A stretch of DNA of 4,636 nucleotides from a virus. Taxonomy: Duplodnaviria; Heunggongvirae; Uroviricota; Caudoviricetes. The position numbers were made by a program, and so were the translations under genes. The notes beneath the pieces are model-generated. The model was not told the DNA's origin. It ran no database searches and saw only the letters and a list, made by a program, of their open reading frames with translations. The stretch is taken from IMG/VR virus record IMGVR_UViG_2690316099_000019; one strand, written 5' to 3'. Numbering within the stretch: position 1 is the first letter of the stretch; each line of letters opens with the position of its first letter. Shown piece by piece: positions 1 through 4,636 of this stretch.

Positions 1-207
1 ACACTAAATCAGTAAGTTGGCAGCATCACCGTTTTAACGTTACTAATAAATCGTGAAACAATCTCCTCATTTGTTAGTATTTTCGCCTGAGCACAGCAAG
101 AGGTTAATATTGCAACCGTCATTAAAAATGGCTTTATCACAAAACAAACTCCATTGTTAGCATGTTACGCGATAATTTTGCCTCATCTTTCACCACAAAA
201 AAAGAAC

Positions 208-2235
208 TCACCTTTTAAATGGAGAATACCCAACATCATGGGTGATTTTCATAAAGGGATCGCCTGTTTTCGGCAAATCGATAACGCGCATTCCAGGCGG
301 CGCGTTGTCAAACGTCACCTTAAGTTCGCTGCGGGTTGCCGGTGAAGATGCAAGGCTTAACAGCTGATTCCTTTCCAGTGATACATTCGGGGTGTAGCGT
401 TTATCGGGAGATAAATACCCATCACCACGTGGCATCTGCCATCCGGTCATGTCATAGACAAAATCATGGAACTGTTTGCCCCACTCGTCGAACTTATCAT
501 TCAGACCAAATCCACTGTTCAGTGCATCAGCCACAAAATTTTTAACAAGCCAGGGATGTGCTTTTTCAAACTCCTGCGCCATCATGCCCAGTTCAAGCAA
601 TCCACCAATCAGACTGATCTTTNNNNNNNNNNNNNNNNNNNNNNNNNNNNNNNNNNNNNNNNNNNNNNNNNNNNNNNNNNNNNNNNNNNNNNNNNNNNNN
701 NNNNNNNNNNNNNNNNNNNNNNNNNNNNNNNNNNNNNNNNNNNNNNNNNNNNNNNNNNNNNNNNNNNNNNNNNNNNNNNNNNNNNNNNNNNNNNNNNNNN
801 NNNNNNNNNNNNNNNNNNNNNNNNNNNNNNNNNNNNNNNNNNNNNNNNNNNNNNNNNNNNNNNNNNNNNNNNNNNNNNNNNNNNNNNNNNNTTTCACAAC
901 CGGACCGACCGTTTCCCAGTTATCAATTATGAGATATGCACCACCGACGAGAAGCGCAATTAATCCCTTTGCCGGCGTCATATTCATCACGCTACCCATG
1001 ATTTTTGTTATGCGTGTCAATGTGCCAATCGCCACGCCCATCGTCAGTAATGCCGCACCAGTTTTCGCGATGGTTTTTACGACCTCAGGATTTTCTCTGA
1101 CAAACGTGCGCACTTCTTCCAGAAAAGGCTTCATCTCTTTTATGCCTTCATTGAGTGAAGGCAGGAAGGTTTCCCCCAGCGTGGAAGAAATCGCATTGAT
1201 CTGGTTCTGCAGCAGCAACAACTGATTTTCTGTCGTCGCGGCACGGGCGGCATATTCTTTCTGCATTGAGCCGCCATACTGCTGCGCATCCGCCACACGA
1301 TTAAAGTTGGTTCGCAACAAATCCAGATTCGTGAGCAGCGGCGCAATGGCCCCCAGGGATTCCTTCCCGAACAGCGCTTTCAGCACAGCAGCCTGTTTTT
1401 CTTTCGGCACTTTTGCCAGAGAATCCAGTACGTGCAGCATGGCCCCGCGGGCGTCTTTCTGCATATCCGCCGCCAGTTTTTTCGGGCTAATGCGCAACGA
1501 GCGGAGCACTTTTTTCTGCGATTTGGTGGCAGAATCCCTCGCTGTCAGCGACAACATAAAATTCTTTATCCCCGTCGCAGCAATTTCTGACTCCACCCCC
1601 ATTCCGGCAATGGTTGCCCCCATTGCGGCAATCTCTCCGGAGGCCACACCCGCAACACTGCCTAAAGGGCCAATACGGGTCACAACATCAGAAATCTTTT
1701 TCGCACTTGCAGGACCGGTATTACCAAGATAGTTAATCTTATCCGCAAGCCCTGCCACCTCTCCCTGTGTCAGTTTAAAGGCAGTGCGCCACTGCGCCAT
1801 CATCTGACCGGATTCTTCTGCCGTGGTGTCAAAGGCCACGCCCATCTTCACGGCATCGTCAGTAAACTGCATCAGCTCGTCACGGGCGATACCAGCCTGA
1901 CCACCCGCCGCCACAATTTCGGCGATACCTTCCGCCGACATGGGCAGTTCTGTTGACAGGTCGCGCACCTGCTCCGTCATTGCCTTAAACGCTTCCGGCG
2001 TATCCAGACCATCCACCACTTTCCGGACATCCGCCATTTTTGATTCAAGGGCAATGGCAGATTTGACCGGGAGCGCCAGCGCCCCCAGTACTGCGGTTCC
2101 GGCACCCGCTGCGCCCAGTAACAGGCTGGCAAACTCCTTTTTAAAACCTTTCAGCTGGCGCTGCATTCCCTTCAGCGGTGCCGATACCTTATCCACGGCA
2201 GTGATGATCGCCTTCAGCTGAAAACTGTCAGCCAT
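208..2235 (-). CDS. Phage tail tape measure protein, TP901-type core (675 aa if the N-run 624..891 is exact length)
   Basis: ATG at 2235..2233 with strong SD; TGA at 210..208. The N-terminal half has the characteristic TP901-family tape measure core (GIAEIVAAGGQAGIARDELMQFTDDAVKMGVAFDTT...NYLGNTGPASAKKISDVV...GATIAGMGVESEIAATGIKNFMLSL), a long predicted helical Ala/Leu/Lys/Gln-rich region and hydrophobic Gly-rich segments before the gap. The reading frame is open on both sides of the 268-nt N-run in the same register. Confidence 0.85.
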   Translation of the reverse strand: MADSFQLKAIITAVDKVSAPLKGMQRQLKGFKKEFASLLLGAAGAGTAVLGALALPVKSAIALESKMADVRKVVDGLDTPEAFKAMTEQVRDLSTELPMSAEGIAEIVAAGGQAGIARDELMQFTDDAVKMGVAFDTTAEESGQMMAQWRTAFKLTQGEVAGLADKINYLGNTGPASAKKISDVVTRIGPLGSVAGVASGEIAAMGATIAGMGVESEIAATGIKNFMLSLTARDSATKSQKKVLRSLRISPKKLAADMQKDARGAMLHVLDSLAKVPKEKQAAVLKALFGKESLGAIAPLLTNLDLLRTNFNRVADAQQYGGSMQKEYAARAATTENQLLLLQNQINAISSTLGETFLPSLNEGIKEMKPFLEEVRTFVRENPEVVKTIAKTGAALLTMGVAIGTLTRITKIMGSVMNMTPAKGLIALLVGGAYLIIDNWETVGPVVKXXXXXXXXXXXXXXXXXXXXXXXXXXXXXXXXXXXXXXXXXXXXXXXXXXXXXXXXXXXXXXXXXXXXXXXXXXXXXXXXXXXXXXXXXXKISLIGGLLELGMMAQEFEKAHPWLVKNFVADALNSGFGLNDKFDEWGKQFHDFVYDMTGWQMPRGDGYLSPDKRYTPNVSLERNQLLSLASSPATRSELKVTFDNAPPGMRVIDLPKTGDPFMKITHDVGYSPFKR

Positions 2236-2392
2236 GCTTCATCTCCTCGTTAATGCGGACGGCCTCGGCTTCCAGTTCTGTAAACTGCGAAACAGCCCCC
2301 CGTCGCAGCTCCAGTGGATTCAGTTTCCAGAACCAGGCAACATTGTAGAGTCGTTTCCGGAGGTGCTTCCCGTCTCCGACTGGGTAAAAAAA
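2228..2392 (-). CDS. Frameshift extension of the tail assembly chaperone (GT-type fusion product; T-domain of 52 codons reached only by -1 slippage)
   Basis: After slippage the -1 frame reads (FF)YPVGDGKHLRKRLYNVAWFWKLNPLELRRGAVSQFTELEAEAVRINEEMKHG then TGA at 2230..2228. Codon usage is enterobacterial-like (CTG x4, GAA/GAG, GCC). This frame has a TAA at 2416..2414 just upstream and no ATG/GTG/TTG before the heptamer. Its stop overlaps the tape measure start (ATGGCTGA). Confidence 0.5.
   Translation of the reverse strand, partial: FFYPVGDGKHLRKRLYNVAWFWKLNPLELRRGAVSQFTELEAEAVRINEEMKHG
2243..2248 (-). promoter_or_regulatory. Shine-Dalgarno (GAGGAG) for the tape measure gene
   Basis: Minus-strand GAGGAG lies 7 nt upstream of the ATG at 2235..2233. 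Confidence 0.6.
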
Positions 2393-2440
2393 CGCAGGAT
2401 CTGCATGCTGGTCTTAAAAATATCCAGTTTTGCCATCTGC
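2320..2440 (-). CDS. Tail assembly chaperone (lambda gpG / P2 gpE analogue), C-terminal 39 codons visible; 5' end inside the N-run
   Basis: Minus-strand frame with codons starting at 2439, 2436 and so on reads QMAKLDIFKTSMQILRFFTQSETGSTSGNDSTMLPGSGN then TGA at 2322..2320. It sits between tube and tape measure and contains the in-frame slippery heptamer. Confidence 0.5.
2358..2378 (-). promoter_or_regulatory. Candidate frameshift-stimulating hairpin (stem CGGAG / CTCCG, 11-nt loop), 6 nt 3' of the slippery site
   Basis: Minus-strand CGGAG (2378..2374) can pair with CTCCG (2362..2358), with a possible extra U-G pair at 2379/2357. The spacer to the heptamer is ACCCAG (6 nt), within the usual 5-9 nt range. 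Short stem, so tentative. Confidence 0.25.
2386..2392 (-). other. -1 programmed ribosomal frameshift slippery heptamer T_TTT_TTT (A7 on the + strand)
   Basis: Seven consecutive T on the minus strand, phased as cgT TTT TTT acc in the chaperone frame (X_XXY_YYZ register). The -1 frame downstream is open for 52 codons with good codon usage and has no start codon of its own. Confidence 0.55.
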
Positions 2441-2725
2441 NNNNNNNNNNNNNNNNNNNNNNNNNNNNNNNNNNNNNNNNNNNNNNNNNNNNNNNNNNNN
2501 NNNNNNNNNNNNNNNNNNNNNNNNNNNNNNNNNNNNNNNNNNNNNNNNNNNNNNNNNNNNNNNNNNNNNNNNNNNNNNNNNNNNNNNNNNNNNNNNNNNN
2601 NNNNNNNNNNNNNNNNNNNNNNNNNNNNNNNNNNNNNNNNNNNNNNNNNNNNNNNNNNNNNNNNNNNNNNNNNNNNNNNNNNNNNNNNNNNNNNNNNNNN
2701 NNNNNNNNNNNNNNNNNNNNNNNNN

Positions 2726-3089
2726 CTTCGCCGTGGAATTCAAGATCTGCCGTGCCTTCTTCGGCATTATGATTAGCCTCTCCGTGCAGCCATGCCGCCG
2801 AAAGCACATACACCATGCCGTTTGCCAGCTCAGCGGTAATCGTCATCTGGTCTGAGGTGGTAATTTTGTCGACCGGAAAGTTTTTGGGNNNNNNNNNNNN
2901 NNNNNNNNNGGGCACTTTAAACGTGCCCTTAACGTAAGGTGACCGCCAGGTCTCCTTGTAATCCACATCCCCTGCCATGCCGACGATGTCATCCCGGACA
3001 TTGGTGTTCATCGGCACTTCAATGCCACCTGTCAGCGATAACTGCTGACCATCCACTTTAAAAAAACAGGTTCCGGCGATCTTTGCCAT
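2726..3089 (-). CDS. Tail tube protein, N-terminal about 121 codons visible (7 codons masked at 2889..2909); C-terminus and stop lie inside the N-run 2441..2725
   Basis: ATG at 3089..3087 overlaps the sheath TAA by 1 nt (TAATG) and has a GAGGAG SD. Position immediately after the sheath gene and the expected tube size (about 120-170 aa) support the call. The ORF-track 279-aa product (2250..3089) is a read-through artefact of the N-run; the protein-like text stops at the gap. Confidence 0.7.
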
Positions 3090-4585
3090 TATGCTGACTC
3101 CTCTGAATACTGAAGACGGAACTGGTTAACCACCGCAAAGACACGTAACTGATTAACATAATCCGGCGGGAACAGCGTATTCAGTCGGTTCGGGTTATCT
3201 GCATCACGCTCAACTATCAGATACTGTTTAAACAGATCGTAATTTTCCACAATACCGGCACGCTCCATCTGACGATATGTCGCCAGAAGTTCCCCTTTGA
3301 TAACGGCAGGAGTGACAATCGCCTGCCCCGGACCAAAACGGGTACCATCATTTGCCAGCTTGTGACGTCCGTACTTGCTTGTGATGACCGATTTCAGTTT
3401 GCGAAGAACATATGCACTGGTATGCAGAGTTTCACTGTCCAGATAGCTGTTGTCTGCCACGCCATACGCATTCTTTTTGTAGGTGGTTACGGAACGCTGG
3501 ATCTGCAACGTGCCGCCTTCCACATAAGCCGTCGCCACGCCGTGAGATAAAAGGGTCTGCTGCTCTGTCATGATGAATCGCTTACCTTTCGGTGCCGGAA
3601 GCATCCCCACCAGCTCCCCCGTCTGTGTCGGACGGGCAGGATCATTCCGGATAAATACCGCTTCACGGGCAAGGCGACTGGCAACCAGTTCATCGACAGG
3701 CGACTGGGTTTCTTTTTCGTAACCGGCAAGCGTGATATGTTGCTGATTATGCATATCTCCGGCACCAACCAGCTCTGACAGCGTTCCCAGTTTTGCGGTA
3801 TAGACATGCCCGTATAACTGGCGCGCATAACTCCAGCGACCGCTGCTGTCATTCATTTCGGTCATCATCATATTGATGGAGGCGGCATCGTTGAACGGCA
3901 GACCGATAAAGTCGAATGCCTCATCGCCCATAGCAGCAACAGCGGCGGTAAGATCAGGCGCTCCGCTACCGGCAGCACCGACTTCCGTCACCACCCGAAG
4001 CCCTGCTGGCAGAATCTCACCACCACCAGAACCATAATAATTCAGACAGACCGGTAACTCATTACCATACAGCCCCTTATGACGGGCAGTCAGCGTCACC
4101 ACACCTGCATCAGATGACGCCGTAAACGGCAGGGTGATAACCCCGTTTACCGCTTCCTTAATCGCGGTGGCAACCGCAGTGGCATCATCGCCATTCACCA
4201 CAGGCACCTGTACACGGGAGCGCCCGACATACAGACTCAGGGTGCCGCTTTCCTCTGCTTCTCCGGCAACCGTCACCCTGACCGTCGCCGCCGCCCCTCT
4301 GGCTTCCGGTACTGCAATAACATACAGTTCACCGAAAGGATCTGTCTGACGGTAGACTTCCACCATACGCGCCAGCTGGCTCCCCGCCCCACAAATCTGG
4401 CGGGCATAATCTGCCGATGGCATCAGCACCAGGCTGTTAACCTCAATGGCTGCATCGTTGCTGGCATGCCCGATCAGTAATGCAGGCGCGCTGGTCACCG
4501 CTGTATTTGCCGCAGAATTGTTCATCTCGGCGTAGAACAACGGCACCAGCGTATTCGACGGAACAGTATTAAAACTTATCGTCAT
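3089..4585 (-). CDS. Phage contractile tail sheath protein (498 aa)
   Basis: Uninterrupted 498-codon ORF, ATG at 4585..4583, TAA at 3091..3089. Size and sequence character match myovirus sheath proteins (Mu gpL-like size class, by recall). Its stop overlaps the start of the next gene (TAATG), as is typical for sheath followed by tube. Weak SD-like AAGG about 10 nt upstream. Confidence 0.85.
   Translation of the reverse strand: MTISFNTVPSNTLVPLFYAEMNNSAANTAVTSAPALLIGHASNDAAIEVNSLVLMPSADYARQICGAGSQLARMVEVYRQTDPFGELYVIAVPEARGAAATVRVTVAGEAEESGTLSLYVGRSRVQVPVVNGDDATAVATAIKEAVNGVITLPFTASSDAGVVTLTARHKGLYGNELPVCLNYYGSGGGEILPAGLRVVTEVGAAGSGAPDLTAAVAAMGDEAFDFIGLPFNDAASINMMMTEMNDSSGRWSYARQLYGHVYTAKLGTLSELVGAGDMHNQQHITLAGYEKETQSPVDELVASRLAREAVFIRNDPARPTQTGELVGMLPAPKGKRFIMTEQQTLLSHGVATAYVEGGTLQIQRSVTTYKKNAYGVADNSYLDSETLHTSAYVLRKLKSVITSKYGRHKLANDGTRFGPGQAIVTPAVIKGELLATYRQMERAGIVENYDLFKQYLIVERDADNPNRLNTLFPPDYVNQLRVFAVVNQFRLQYSEESA
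3098..3103 (-). promoter_or_regulatory. Shine-Dalgarno (GAGGAG) for the tail tube gene
   Basis: Minus-strand GAGGAG lies 8 nt upstream of the ATG at 3089..3087, inside the 3' end of the sheath gene. Confidence 0.6.
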
Positions 4586-4597
4586 GATTTTTTAGCC

Positions 4598-4636
4598 TTA
4601 TCCTTGAGGTGTACTGGCAATAGCGGACACTACCAT
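4598..4636 (-). CDS. 3' end (last 12 codons plus TAA stop) of an upstream gene, probably a head-completion or tail-joining gene of the same late operon; truncated by the window edge
   Basis: Minus-strand frame is open from the window edge to a TAA at 4600..4598, only 12 nt upstream of the sheath ATG. Too short to assign a function from sequence. Confidence 0.3.
   Translation of the reverse strand: MVVSAIASTPQG

Noticed and set aside
9-122. 37-codon minus-strand ORF with lipobox-like LTSC near the N-terminus
   Set aside because: No Shine-Dalgarno, no positively charged n-region, an h-region too short for a lipoprotein signal peptide, and AT-rich context. Kept only as a note within the AT-rich-region finding.
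190-230. Possible intrinsic terminator after the tape measure stop (T7 run right after TGA)
   Set aside because: The T-run is not preceded by a convincing GC-rich stem-loop; the near-palindrome CCATTTAAAAGG is AT-rich and imperfect.
154-545. Plus-strand ORFs 154..345 and 336..545
   Set aside because: Both are antisense to the 3' end of the tape measure gene, lack an SD and have implausible composition (for example HSRRRVVKRHLKF).
466-2221. Plus-strand ORFs 466..963, 476..1225, 1307..1732, 1940..2221, and minus-strand 1140..1346
   Set aside because: All lie inside the tape measure gene on the opposite strand or in an alternative frame, with Ser/Arg/Cys/Pro-rich low-complexity products and no ribosome-binding sites. 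They are shadow ORFs of a GC-biased coding region.
2234-2855. Plus-strand ORFs 2234..2776, 2314..2772, 2430..2855 and minus-strand 2414..2809
   Set aside because: They are mostly made of N-run translation (X) and are antisense to or out of frame with the tube and chaperone genes; the only real sequence is short flanking read-through.
3060-3066. Second in-register T_TTT_TTT heptamer at codons 8-10 of the tube gene (tgT TTT TTT AAA)
   Set aside because: A -1 slip here would hit an immediate stop (TTT TTT TAA), giving an 11-residue peptide. It is most likely an incidental Phe-Phe encoded by TTT TTT.
2250-3089. ORF-track 279-aa minus-strand protein spanning tube, N-run and the region up to 2250
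   Set aside because: It is an artefact of translating through 285 masked nt. The post-gap part of that frame (RWQNWIFLRPACRSCVFLPSRRRE...) is Arg/Cys-rich and uses rare codons (AGA, CGG, CGA, CTA). The real tube ends inside the gap, and the coding frames downstream are the chaperone 0-frame and its -1 extension.
3362-4349. ORFs inside the sheath gene: plus 3362..3550, plus 4134..4349, minus 3568..3852
   Set aside because: They are fully embedded in the 498-codon sheath ORF in other frames or on the other strand, with no independent start signals.
1-4636. CRISPR arrays, tRNA/rRNA genes, insertion-sequence inverted repeats, integrase or transposase
   Set aside because: No regularly spaced direct repeats, no tRNA-like cloverleaf candidates and no transposase-like ORFs were seen; the window is almost entirely occupied by tail structural genes.

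Overview
The whole window is one minus-strand late operon from a contractile-tailed (myovirus-type) phage, prophage or tailocin, with enterobacterial-like codon usage. Reading 5'->3' on the minus strand: the last 12 codons of an upstream gene (4636..4598), a 498-aa tail sheath protein (4585..3089), a tail tube protein that starts at 3089 and runs into an N-masked block, a tail-assembly chaperone pair whose visible 3' part shows the conserved G/GT-type -1 programmed frameshift (T7 slippery heptamer at 2392..2386, no start codon in the extension frame, stop overlapping the next gene), a 675-aa TP901-family tape measure protein (2235..208), and an AT-rich stretch (207..1) with no convincing gene. 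Genes are tightly coupled (TAATG overlap, ATGGCTGA overlap, GAGGAG ribosome-binding sites). Three N-runs (624-891, 2441-2725, 2889-2909) hide part of the tape measure, the tube C-terminus plus chaperone N-terminus, and 7 tube codons. Gene sizes and order fit a Mu-like tail module, but this is inference from recall, not a search. I see no RNA genes, CRISPR array, transposase or integrase. The frameshift is the most notable signal; it belongs to a known class and is not a novel system.
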